This document shows positions 50,797-61,200 of a stretch of DNA of 64,000 bases, one piece after another. The first letter of the stretch is position 1, and each line of letters starts with the position of its first letter. The position numbers and the translations under genes were made by a program. Under the pieces are notes generated by a model. That model ran no database searches. It worked only from the letters and a program-made list of their open reading frames with translations, and was not told the origin of the DNA. Source of the stretch: Lachnospiraceae bacterium (GTDB taxonomy: Bacteria; Bacillota; Clostridia; Lachnospirales; Lachnospiraceae); NCBI GenBank assembly GCA_017484135.1, contig JAFUTQ010000066.1, positions 754 to 64,753 of the forward strand. Direction: 5' to 3'.

Positions 50797-51660
50797 ATGA
50801 AGGGTAAAAAAAAGAATCGGTTTAAGGGTTTGAGTGCAGGGAAAATAAGAAGCTCGATCGTGATGGCGCTGATCTGCGTGCTGATGCTGTCCGGAGCCAC
50901 TTACGCGTGGTTTACGCTGGGCAATACAGCAAGGGTAAACAGTCTGTCATTACAGGTCACTTCCGAGGGAAATCTGTATGTGGCAAAGGAGCAGTCCGGG
51001 ATCAGTCAGAAGCTTACAGAGATCAGTATTGCATCGGGGGCCTCCCAGATCCTGTATCCGTGTACGACTGAGGCAAACGGCACGACGATGCTGAGTCCGG
51101 TGTATGCGACGGACAATGAGGTAAGCGGAACCAAACAGATTGCGGAAGCAGATAAAGAAAAATATTATTATGAGACGGATATTTATCTGGAGGTGGAGGA
51201 AGCACTGGCGGTCAACTCCAGTCCGAATACTTATGATATTACGCTGGGAAAAAACAGCAATAACAATGACGGAACCTATGTAAACAGTCAGGCATCCAAT
51301 TCTGCAGAGCAGCATCCGGAACGCTGCGTCCGCATCAGCTTTATTTTAGATGACGGTACGGTGGCTGTATATGAGCCCAACTCCAACGTGTCGAATACGG
51401 GAGATATGGCAACGAACAGCACCGGAAAAGGCTACACCGGAACACATAAGCAGGAGGCGGGCGGCGCATTTGCCGGAGAGAGCGGCACGATTTATTACAC
51501 GGGGGATTCCTCGGCGCTCTTTCAGCTGAAGGGAAACACACCGACCAAAGTAAAGGTGCGGGTATGGTTTGAAGGAACGGACAATGACTGCAGAAACAGC
51601 ATACAGGAGGCACAGATCGTGAGCCAGCTGAAATTTATCTCTCACAAGGTCGGCGATTAA
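50797..51660 (+). CDS. SipW-class signal peptide protein (putative fibre subunit)
   Basis: Hydrophobic stretch ending GATYAWFT. C-terminal VRVWFEGTDNDC.N.I.....SQLKF. Confidence 0.75.
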   Translation: MKGKKKNRFKGLSAGKIRSSIVMALICVLMLSGATYAWFTLGNTARVNSLSLQVTSEGNLYVAKEQSGISQKLTEISIASGASQILYPCTTEANGTTMLSPVYATDNEVSGTKQIAEADKEKYYYETDIYLEVEEALAVNSSPNTYDITLGKNSNNNDGTYVNSQASNSAEQHPERCVRISFILDDGTVAVYEPNSNVSNTGDMATNSTGKGYTGTHKQEAGGAFAGESGTIYYTGDSSALFQLKGNTPTKVKVRVWFEGTDNDCRNSIQEAQIVSQLKFISHKVGD

Positions 51661-51701
51661 ACAGTTGTCTCCCAAACAGACATAAGGTAAGAGGTTGTGC
51701 G

Positions 51702-53438
51702 ATGAACGGATTCTTTTATTATTTTTACAACATGATGCGAAATATTTTCGGACTGCTGTGGAATATTGTGGTGGCAATCTGGGAGGCAATCCTGGGGATA
51801 CTTGACATCAATTTTTACATCAGACTTTTTGACACTTACGAGGATGAAATGACACCCGCAGGCTGGATATCCGCGATTATAGTACATATTATTATTCTCG
51901 CGATTTTTGTTTTACTCATATATTTGCTTGTGCGGGGAATCCGTGTGCTGCTTCGCTTTAAGGTTCCCGTGGTGGAATATGAGCGCATGAAGGATGAGAT
52001 TGTCACCTTAAAGCGTGAGGTGATGAAGGCAAATTATGAGAAGGACAAAATTCTTGCCATGAAAATATCGGATCTTGGCATGGAGGTAAATCCTGAGCTC
52101 ATGCAGTCGGGGTTGGATGAGCGCATTGAAAAGCTGGGAGAAGAGGATGGCATACCTGCACGGATGGACGACATTGATCTGGATGTCGTAGCAGGCGTTG
52201 ATGGAGAAGAACCGTTGGAGCTGCAGGAGGATGCGGAACGAACGGAGGAAGAGACGGAGGAACTGTCGGAGGAAGAAAAGGAGCAGCTGTCTCTTGCGGA
52301 GCGGATGGCGAGAAAACGGCGGTATGAGGTCTTTCATTTTAACGGCGAACGCCGTTTCCCGCGGTTGACAGCGGTGGATCAGACGTATCTGGCTGCCGAT
52401 TACGAGGTGCCGTCTTATCGCAAGGATTATTCGCTGGAGGAGCTTTGCATCCAGTTTAGGAACTTTGCGGCGGGCAAGCTGGGACTGTATTATGAGCTGG
52501 AAGTAATAAAGCAGGTATTTGCCTCTTTTGGAGCCGCGAAGATGCTGATTTTACAGGGTATTTCCGGTACCGGTAAGACATCTCTGCCCTATGCGTTGGG
52601 TCAGTTTATTGAAAATCCGAGTCTGATCTGTTCGGTTCAGCCGTCCTGGCGTGACCGAACGGAGCTGTTTGGCTATTACAATGACTTTACAAAGAAATAT
52701 ACAGAGACAGAATTCTTAAAGACCCTGTATGAGGGACATTATCAGGAGGATCTGCGGTTTGTCATTCTGGATGAGATGAATATCGCCCGTGTCGAGTATT
52801 ATTTTGCGGAAATGCTTTCAATTCTGGAGCTGCCCCGTGAGGAAGAGCGTTTTATTTCGGTGGTATCCAACGGAGCAGATGGGGATCCGAACAAAATGAT
52901 TGACGGTAAGGTCTGGATTCCTTCCAATGTGCTGTATGTGGGAACCATCAATAATGATGATTCCACCTTTGCGGTTGCAGATAAGGTGTACGACCGGGCC
53001 ATCCCTATTGATCTTGACGACAAGGCCGCACCGTTTGAAACTCCGGACACGCCGTCCATGAGAGTGAGTTATCAGTATCTGAATCAATTATATGCCGAAG
53101 CAAAACAGGCGCATCCCCTGACAGATAGTATGCTGGCGGAGCTTGATCGGCTGGATTCTTACCTGATCAAACATTTCCGTCTGACCTTTGGTAACCGTAT
53201 CTTAAGACAGATTAAGGATTTTGTTCCGTGCTATATTGCCTGCGGAGGAACCGAGCTGGGCGGCATTGATTTTATGTTTGCAAAGAAAATTCTTCGCAAG
53301 TTTGAGTCTCTTGGTCTGGGCTTTATCCGGGATGAGATTGACGGGCTGATCCTATATCTGGACAAAACCTTCGGGGAAGAGGAAATGAAGATCAGCAAAG
53401 ATTATCTGTTGAGACTTAAGCGGATGAGCGGAAGCTAA
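51702..53438 (+). CDS. Membrane-anchored McrB-like AAA+ NTPase
   Basis: N-terminal hydrophobic segments and coiled coil. GISGTGKT, VQPSW.DR.EL.GY, VILDEMNIARVEYYFA, GTINNDDST, KVYDRA, FGNR. Confidence 0.85.
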   Translation: MNGFFYYFYNMMRNIFGLLWNIVVAIWEAILGILDINFYIRLFDTYEDEMTPAGWISAIIVHIIILAIFVLLIYLLVRGIRVLLRFKVPVVEYERMKDEIVTLKREVMKANYEKDKILAMKISDLGMEVNPELMQSGLDERIEKLGEEDGIPARMDDIDLDVVAGVDGEEPLELQEDAERTEEETEELSEEEKEQLSLAERMARKRRYEVFHFNGERRFPRLTAVDQTYLAADYEVPSYRKDYSLEELCIQFRNFAAGKLGLYYELEVIKQVFASFGAAKMLILQGISGTGKTSLPYALGQFIENPSLICSVQPSWRDRTELFGYYNDFTKKYTETEFLKTLYEGHYQEDLRFVILDEMNIARVEYYFAEMLSILELPREEERFISVVSNGADGDPNKMIDGKVWIPSNVLYVGTINNDDSTFAVADKVYDRAIPIDLDDKAAPFETPDTPSMRVSYQYLNQLYAEAKQAHPLTDSMLAELDRLDSYLIKHFRLTFGNRILRQIKDFVPCYIACGGTELGGIDFMFAKKILRKFESLGLGFIRDEIDGLILYLDKTFGEEEMKISKDYLLRLKRMSGS

Positions 53439-53452
53439 AGTGGGTGGTTGGA

Positions 53453-54625
53453 ATGGTATACGATGAGTTTTCGGACGATGTGAAAAATACATATGCGAAA
53501 ATGACCGATCACAGAGAACGGTATGAGGATGATAAATTTTATCAGTACTTTTATAATCTGTTGGAAACAGGGGCGAATTATGCGGACTTTTCTTTTGTAC
53601 GACTGGTAAAGACCGTGGATGAACGCTGGGTGGAGGCGATTGAGGAGGCGCTTCCGTCACTGCAGTATGTGGTGTTGAATCCCCGGAAGTTTATCGAGGA
53701 GGAACGAGAGGTTGTAAATATCGCTATTGCCCGGAATATATCAACGGAGTCGGTCAGACATTTGCTGCAGCACAGCAACTATATTGATGAATACAATTCT
53801 GAGGATGGCACGGTGGTGCCGAACAGGATTTTGAATGTATACAAGGAAGAAAGTCTCAATACCTATGAAAACAGGTTTATATGCACGCTGCTGGGCGAGC
53901 TGCAGTTTTTTGTCAATAAACGATATGATGCGATTTTTGAGGCGAGCAAGGATGAGCTTGGCGCTTATCTGGAGATGAATTCCCGGGTAGACAACTATAC
54001 GGAGACTGTGGATTATAAATTACAGTTAAAAATTCGGGATAAGCAGACCGATAAAGTGAACGAAATGGAACAGGAGGATATTTTCTCCCGGGTAATTCGG
54101 ATTCATCGCATGGTCAATACCCTGGTAAGCAGTGAATTTATCAGTATTATGCGGAGATTTCCCAGTGTGCAGCATCCGATTGTAAAGACCAATGCAATCA
54201 AGAAAAACCGGGATTATAAGGCCTGTCATGCACTGTGGAATTTTTTGCATTCTTATACGCAGGTGGGTGTTTCCGTGAATCTGGTGCGGCAGGATCCGTT
54301 CATATCCAGAGAGTTTGAAAAGGATATTTATGATTCGATTATATGGAATTATTCCATGCTGCATAATTATCTGAACGATGTAGATGCGCTGAATATTGAC
54401 CGGGAACCACGCAAAAAGGAGATGGACAATCGGTATATCCGTCAGGTGCTGGAGGAAATTGTTCAGGGAATGCCGAATCTGACCGACGATGGTCTGAGAA
54501 GTCTGATTACCAGTGAATTGACCGCGATTCAGGATCGGAGAAAACAGGAGAAGAAGAATGCAGAGAAGGCGGTTGCAAAGAAACGCAGATTCTTTGGTAA
54601 ACGGACGAAAACAGAGGAAATGTAG
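53453..54625 (+). CDS. DUF2357-like (McrC N-terminal-like) protein without evident nuclease domain
   Basis: ESLNTYENRFI, TN.IKKN.DY.AC..LW. C-terminus is helical and charged with no PD-(D/E)xK motif seen. Confidence 0.7.
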   Translation: MVYDEFSDDVKNTYAKMTDHRERYEDDKFYQYFYNLLETGANYADFSFVRLVKTVDERWVEAIEEALPSLQYVVLNPRKFIEEEREVVNIAIARNISTESVRHLLQHSNYIDEYNSEDGTVVPNRILNVYKEESLNTYENRFICTLLGELQFFVNKRYDAIFEASKDELGAYLEMNSRVDNYTETVDYKLQLKIRDKQTDKVNEMEQEDIFSRVIRIHRMVNTLVSSEFISIMRRFPSVQHPIVKTNAIKKNRDYKACHALWNFLHSYTQVGVSVNLVRQDPFISREFEKDIYDSIIWNYSMLHNYLNDVDALNIDREPRKKEMDNRYIRQVLEEIVQGMPNLTDDGLRSLITSELTAIQDRRKQEKKNAEKAVAKKRRFFGKRTKTEEM

Positions 54626-54643
54626 GTGAAAGGGTCTGTGAAA

Positions 54644-55249
54644 ATGCCGGCGAAACGATCTATGAGGAAGAAAGCTGCCTTGCTGGGAGAAACCGTATTT
54701 ACGTTGGTAATCGTTGCATTGTGTTCCTTAATTATCGCGGTTGCAAAGGGCTATCATCCGTCGATGTTCGGATATGAAATTTTGAGGGTACTGACAAGAA
54801 GTATGGCCCCTGCGTTGGAGGAAAACGCACTGATACTGATTCGGGATGTTCCACAGGATGAAATAGAGGTGGGGGATATTATTACCTTTGTATCGGATGA
54901 CCCGACGCTGATGGGGTTTTATAACACCCATCGGGTATATCACATTAAGCGGGACGAAGAAACCGGCGAGACCTATTATATCACGAAGGGGGACATGAAC
55001 GAGGAGGCGGATCTTTATCCGGTGTCTTACGATGCAATCGCAGGAGAACTGGTCTGTGAGATTCCTTTCAGTTCCAACGTGGGAAAATTGATTGTATCCA
55101 TGATCAACAATCGTGTGTATTTTTTTGTAGTGATGCTGCCGTTGTTATTGTGCCTGATTTCCTATTTATGGCAGATATTTTATCTATTGGTAATAAAGGA
55201 TGAGGATGAGGATGAGCAGGAGAGGGAAAACGAAGGACGGGAAAAATAA
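54644..55249 (+). CDS. sipW: Signal peptidase I, SipW/archaeal-ER type
   Basis: VLTRSMAP (catalytic Ser), VGDIITF, THRV (His), TKGD.N...D. TM segments at both ends. Confidence 0.88.
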   Translation: MPAKRSMRKKAALLGETVFTLVIVALCSLIIAVAKGYHPSMFGYEILRVLTRSMAPALEENALILIRDVPQDEIEVGDIITFVSDDPTLMGFYNTHRVYHIKRDEETGETYYITKGDMNEEADLYPVSYDAIAGELVCEIPFSSNVGKLIVSMINNRVYFFVVMLPLLLCLISYLWQIFYLLVIKDEDEDEQERENEGREK

Positions 55250-56126
55250 AAAGAAAAAAATCCGCATTGACCGGCAGACGCTTCTGAAATCCGAAATGGC
55301 ACTTCTGGTGGTCATATCGGTGTTTGCGGTTACCATTGCATGGTTTCGGCTGCAGAACTCTGCCCGTGCAAATGAGCTTTCGCTGACTGCTGATTCAGCT
55401 TCGTATATTAAGGTTGCGCTGGAAGAGGGAGGCCCGGACGTCACTGCGCTGGCAGAGGGGGAGCGGTTTATTGATATCAATATGCCGGTCTTTTACAATG
55501 TGGAGACGGGACCGGATGGGGAAAGTCAGCTGGCACCGGGGGTCAGCGGGGAACTGAAGCTGTATATCACGGCCTTAAGTCCGAATGTGACACAGTGCCG
55601 GATCAATACCGAGAGCATCCCGCTGTTTGACGCAGAGGACGAGACACTCACGGAGGAGGAGCAGGAACAATTAAACAAGCTGCTCAAGGGGCATATTCAG
55701 TTTTACCGGACACGAAGCTATGATCCGGTGGAAAAGATCTATCAATATGAAGGGCTGATTGCAGAGACAGAGGACGTGGAGGGGTTGGACGCGTCCGCTA
55801 TCACGTTGATTGTTCCGCTGGAACTGCAGCAGGAGAAGGAGGTTTCCATCTATTGGGTGTGGTTTTATGAATATGGAGATATCGATGAGGAAGGGCAGAA
55901 ACGAAAGGGCGAGTATTATTTTGATATGGAGCGGTTTGGGAATTTCCTTACAACCTCCGGTAAAACGCTGGAGGGGTTGAGCGCAGATGAAAAGGAGCTT
56001 TACTATGGAATGTATTATGATTATGCAGATACCCTGATCGGGCTCAATGTGAGCGAGATCCGGATGCATATTGCAGTCAGTGGTCTGGATGCCGGAGGAA
56101 ATAATGCCGGAACTCCCGGTACATGA
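55212..56126 (+). CDS. SipW-class signal peptide protein
   Basis: Basic N-region, h-region ending VTIAWFR, LAPG.SG, IYWVW.Y. Confidence 0.7.
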   Translation: MSRRGKTKDGKNKKKKIRIDRQTLLKSEMALLVVISVFAVTIAWFRLQNSARANELSLTADSASYIKVALEEGGPDVTALAEGERFIDINMPVFYNVETGPDGESQLAPGVSGELKLYITALSPNVTQCRINTESIPLFDAEDETLTEEEQEQLNKLLKGHIQFYRTRSYDPVEKIYQYEGLIAETEDVEGLDASAITLIVPLELQQEKEVSIYWVWFYEYGDIDEEGQKRKGEYYFDMERFGNFLTTSGKTLEGLSADEKELYYGMYYDYADTLIGLNVSEIRMHIAVSGLDAGGNNAGTPGT

Positions 56127-56152
56127 TTTGAAAATGGAATGAAGGTGAAACG

Positions 56153-57052
56153 ATGTCTGATGAAACAGAAAAGACACGAGGGGCAGAACATACAGAGGTA
56201 GAAGGTACAGAGATAGAAAAAACAGAGCGCTCGGATGATACGAAAGAAACGGAAGGGCAGAAGGTATCGGAAGAACAAAGAAAGCGTTTTTTCGGGGACA
56301 GAAGGAAACCGCTTATTTTAGCCATATTAAGCGTGGTATTGCTTGCGCTCCTGGGAAGCTTTGCATGGTATGTCATATCCTCCAGACGTGATATTGTAAG
56401 CGAGGACCAGGATGTCATGGTGCCGTATTTTCTCTATCTGAAAAACGCCACAGACGAAAATTCGCTGGTATTTTCTGTCGGAAACATGCATCCGGGAGAG
56501 ACAAAGCAGGTAGTCATCTGTGTGACAAATGAGATTCCGCAAGATGCGGACGCGGATGCGTTTAATTATGAGATTGGCCGTGAGAGCCGGTTCGCCTATG
56601 AAATGCAGCTTGCATATACGGAAAATCTGCCGATAAATTATACGGTGTATGATCTGGAGGAGACGGATATCGGCGACATCCGGGTGCTCTATGAGGACAA
56701 TGGAACGCCGTCGGTCAAAAGCTTCCGGAAGCTCCGCGCGAGTGCGGCAATGACGGCTGACGATCAGACGGCTGCCAGCCGCGCAGATGTGTTTGGCGTT
56801 TCCACGGATTTGTCAGACGTGGTAAACAAAGGGAAGTATGAGTCCTACACGCTGGGTGGCGCAGACGGAACAGAGCAGCTTGTGCTCACGACATCCATGA
56901 ACGGCAGTGAGGTTCTTTACGAAAAGGACTTTTATCTGATTCAGATCTCATGGAAGGACGGGATCGATTTCAGCCGATACAAAAAAGAAACGGATCTTGT
57001 GGATGTGATCGTGCGGGCATTGCAGCCACGTCCGTCCGTAAATGAGACTTAG
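56153..57052 (+). CDS. SipW-class signal peptide protein
   Basis: h-region ending GSFAWY, MHPGE, YTENLP..Y, KETD.V...V.A.Q. Confidence 0.7.
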   Translation: MSDETEKTRGAEHTEVEGTEIEKTERSDDTKETEGQKVSEEQRKRFFGDRRKPLILAILSVVLLALLGSFAWYVISSRRDIVSEDQDVMVPYFLYLKNATDENSLVFSVGNMHPGETKQVVICVTNEIPQDADADAFNYEIGRESRFAYEMQLAYTENLPINYTVYDLEETDIGDIRVLYEDNGTPSVKSFRKLRASAAMTADDQTAASRADVFGVSTDLSDVVNKGKYESYTLGGADGTEQLVLTTSMNGSEVLYEKDFYLIQISWKDGIDFSRYKKETDLVDVIVRALQPRPSVNET

Positions 57053-57084
57053 AGTGAACGCAACAAAAATCCGGAGATAACAAT

Positions 57085-58227
57085 ATGAAAGACGGACATT
57101 CAGGGATAAAAATTAAAGATAAAATAATAAAAAATAAGAAAAAGCTTGTTCTGGCAGGATGTGCGGTGCTTGCGGTTCTGGCTTTGAGTGGCGGAATTGT
57201 GTTTGCCAAATATTATTCGGTGAATTTCCGGGAGGGAATCTCCGTTGCATCGGGATTATATTTTGACAGTGATAAGATGGAGACCGTGACGGGAACCACT
57301 GTGGATCTGGAATATATCAAAGAAAATGAGGCGGATGCACTCCCGATTAACGTCAATACCAGCAAGTGGACCGGAGGTGCGGACACAATTTTTGATATTG
57401 AGGTGCGCAACTACGAAAACCATCTGCTTTACAATGACGCAAATCTGGATGTGGAATATGCGATCCGATTTGTTCTGCTGGATGTACCGACGGGAGCCAA
57501 TTATTACATCCGGAAAATGGAAAACGGAGAAGAATGGCAGACGCTGTACGAGGAAAATGCGGATGGAACGGTTGCCGTACCGACAGATACCAATGGGATC
57601 GGATTTACAGGAGCACTGCCGGGCGGCACGTTGTCGCAGGATACCTACAGGCTTATGATACAGATGGTTGATCCGGAACGCTACGAAGCCGGCAGTCAGG
57701 CGAGGGTGCTGGCGGTGGCATATCCCACGGCGCCGGACTATGTAAAAAATGACGACAATCAGCAGAACCGTCTGCTGGGCATCTTTCAAGGGGTCTATTC
57801 CGAGATTTCCCTGAGTGTGGAAAGTGCAGCCTTTCAGGTACAGAGTGAAAGTGATTATGAGACGAACTGGCAGGAGCGGGTCAATGATTTATCCGGGCTG
57901 CTGTATAACATCAAGACCAAGGGCGATGTAGTGACGGATGACAGCAGCATTTCTATCAAACCTCAGGTAATCATACGCTGGCGGGGAGAGTATTTGAAGA
58001 TCAGCGAGTACGATGAATATTATCTGGCGGCAAAATTGGATGACCCTGCCGGAATTGGTACCTATACGGATGGAGCATGGACTTGTATGAAGGTGTCGGC
58101 TATGCCCTACACAAGTATCGATGTGACATTTTACAAGACGGACCTTTTTATGACGGAGATGACCGCAGGAACGCTGACGAAGACGGATTTTGAGGGACTG
58201 GTGACAGCGGAAGCAGTTGCCGATTAG
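57085..58227 (+). CDS. SipW-class signal peptide protein
   Basis: h-region ending GIVFAKYY followed by A..LYF.SD; beta-rich body. Confidence 0.7.
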   Translation: MKDGHSGIKIKDKIIKNKKKLVLAGCAVLAVLALSGGIVFAKYYSVNFREGISVASGLYFDSDKMETVTGTTVDLEYIKENEADALPINVNTSKWTGGADTIFDIEVRNYENHLLYNDANLDVEYAIRFVLLDVPTGANYYIRKMENGEEWQTLYEENADGTVAVPTDTNGIGFTGALPGGTLSQDTYRLMIQMVDPERYEAGSQARVLAVAYPTAPDYVKNDDNQQNRLLGIFQGVYSEISLSVESAAFQVQSESDYETNWQERVNDLSGLLYNIKTKGDVVTDDSSISIKPQVIIRWRGEYLKISEYDEYYLAAKLDDPAGIGTYTDGAWTCMKVSAMPYTSIDVTFYKTDLFMTEMTAGTLTKTDFEGLVTAEAVAD

Positions 58228-58252
58228 CCAAGTGGCGAAGGAGTTGGACAAA

Positions 58253-61200
58253 ATGAAAGCCAGAATCAAACGATTACTTATTTTAATGGCAGTGATGGTA
58301 GTGGTCATGAGTGGACTCTATCTGATTGCAGGAGGCGCTCAGAACCTGCTTTTGGCTGCGGGAGCCCTGCTGCCGTTTACAACACAGAGTGACACGGAAA
58401 CGGAAGCAACGGAAAATCCGGATACAGAAAATGCGGATACAGAAAATCCGGATACAGAAGAAACGAACACAGAAAATCGGGATATGCAGCCGGAGCAGAA
58501 TACAGAGATGGATTCATCGACGGATGAGCAGTCTGAAGAGAATGAAGCAGTGCCGTCGGCAGATTCGATCGGATCGGAGGAGGAAAATACGGATCCGCAG
58601 GAAGCAGAGGCGGCAGTTTCGGAGGAGACGCAGAACGTAGATGAAAATACCGAAGCTGACACGGAAGAAGCAGATGCACAGGCAGAGCCGGACAGAGATG
58701 AGACAGCGGGCGATGAGCTTTTGTACAATCCGGAGGAACTTGAGACGGTAGAGGAGGCATATTTCGGTGCCCCGGTTTATAGCTACGCAGATTCAGAAAA
58801 TGTTCCTTACACATTGGAAACATTAAATGAAAGCGGAACAAAAAAATTTTATGTTCAGACATACAACGATGTGCTGGCCTTGCAGGAGCTCAGTAAATAC
58901 AGCTCTCTTGAGGGATATATCTTTGAATTTGCAAAGCTGGATAACACCACCAATGTCTGGAATCTGAATGAAATCGGCTTTACGGGCATTGGGACGGCGG
59001 AATATCCGTTCCGGGGGACCGTTCAGGAGTATTATGATTCCGGTACCTCTTTTAATTTAAACAGTCCGCTCTTTCAATATCTGGGAAGCGGCGCGAGTAT
59101 CATCAACTTTACGATTCAGTTAGACAATGCAACGTCGGGGTTGGCGAATTACTTTATTGCCACGGATGAAAAGCCCGTGGTCTGTCGGAATGTGACGCTT
59201 CGAGGAACCGTCACCAATCTGAATACAGCAGCAAGTGAGGGGGTTACCGGAGGAGTTGCAGGAGCGCTGTACGGCACCGTAATCAATCAGCGTGCAGGCG
59301 GAGAAACGTATGAACTGGTGATAGACGGATCGGGACTGAACCTGACGGGTATTACGGTCAATGCACGGATTGCCGGAGGATATGTCGGGGATGTGCAGGG
59401 AAATATATATGTTCAGGTTTATAATACCTCCAATGTGGCGGACACTGTGTACAATTCCAATGGAACCGGTGTTGCGATTGGCGGACTGGTGGGCAGATTG
59501 TCTGCGGGAAGCAGTCTGGAGGTAATGGGAAACCTGAGCAGTGCCAATCATGTCGGATACAGCGGAAACGTATACAGCAACAATACCAGTCAGGCAGTAG
59601 GGGGGCTGATCGGTCTCTGCCAGAATGCGACGGTGATTTCAGAGCAGAAGGTTTCAAGAAACAACAACGTTTTTGTGGCTTCCGGTACGGCAGCAGGCTT
59701 CATCGGCAGGGCAGTGGATTCTGCGGTCACCATTCGGAATTTTCAGTTAAATTCCATGGTAAAATCGGGTATTGGAAGATATGGCGTGGCGCAGTATGCC
59801 GGCGGAGTGGTCGGCATCTATGAAACCACGGGCGCTTCTTCAACTGCCAAAATGGAAATTTCTCATATTGGAATCAAGGGAGATCAGCAGATCGCAGCCG
59901 GATATAACGGCACTTACAACACGACGACCATCGGAAGTATTACCAATACAGCCGGAGGCGTGGTGGCATATATTCATGGAGACAACGTGACGATTTCCGA
60001 TATCAGCTGTGACGGATTTGACGGGGATTATCAGTTTCTGCCCTGTCTGGGCTGTGACGGCTATGATGCCGGCAAACAGACATCACGGACGGCGACTGGA
60101 TTTGTGGGCGGTATTGCCGGACGTGCTTCCGGAAAAAATATTCTGGTCAGTGATGTGAAGGTAAACTATGACACAACACACCGGATTGGCGGCACCTATG
60201 TGGGCGGCATTTTTGGCGTGGTGGAAACGCAGTCCAAGCTTCGGCTTACAGATATTACCGTTAGTTCCTTTATCATTTATTATCAAAATAATGATAATTA
60301 TCGTCCGAATTATGTAGGCGGTCTGTTCAGCTGGGTGGACAAGGGATGTATCATTTCTCTGGGAGCAAAGGATTCTGAGAAGGGCTGGGATGGTGTGATT
60401 GATGTGAGCGGCATCGGTTACCAGTACGGAACAGCTGCTATCAGCGGCTTCCGCTACAAGACCAACCGTGGATATGTTGCCGGTTATCAGAATGAATCCC
60501 TGATTTATCTGGAAGAGGATGCCACCTACCAGCGGAATGCCACCGCCGATGACATCACGAATGCCGTGTGGACAAATGCCTGTTACAATAACTATCTCAA
60601 CTACACGTTGGATGATGTGGGCACCTACGGTGGTCTGTACAAAAATGTCAGAGATAACACCGACAATTCGCTGGTCATTGATTACAGCAGGGCTTATGGT
60701 CGGGAGGTGACGGGAACCGTGTCCCGCAATGGAGAGGGAGCTTACGAGCTTTCGGATGAAGCAGATGCGCTGCGTCTTGCCATCGCGTTGAATACCTTCA
60801 ATGTATCCGGAGGAACCGCGCTGCGCTTTGCCGCAGACTGTTTCCAAAGCGGGGAAACGGCAAATACACTGCTGCAGGCGGATTATGTGATTACCGGAGA
60901 TCTGGATTTGGAAACAGCCGGAATTTATTCTCTGAGCAGAAACGACAGTATCAGTTATCCGTTCCGGGGAACGTTGATCGGTCAGAAGGCGGATGGAACA
61001 AAGCCGGACGTTCGGCTGTATATTGTTTCACAGCAGAGCATGGCGGGACTTTTTCCGGCGGTAAAAGATGCTTCTTTTGAGAACTTTGCGCTGGATGGCG
61101 TTTTGTACTATCCTTCAAATTTCGGCGGCCTTGCCTATCGCGCGGATGGAAGCATCAGCGTCATAAAGGTTGACAATCAGATGAAGATGCGGACAGGCTG

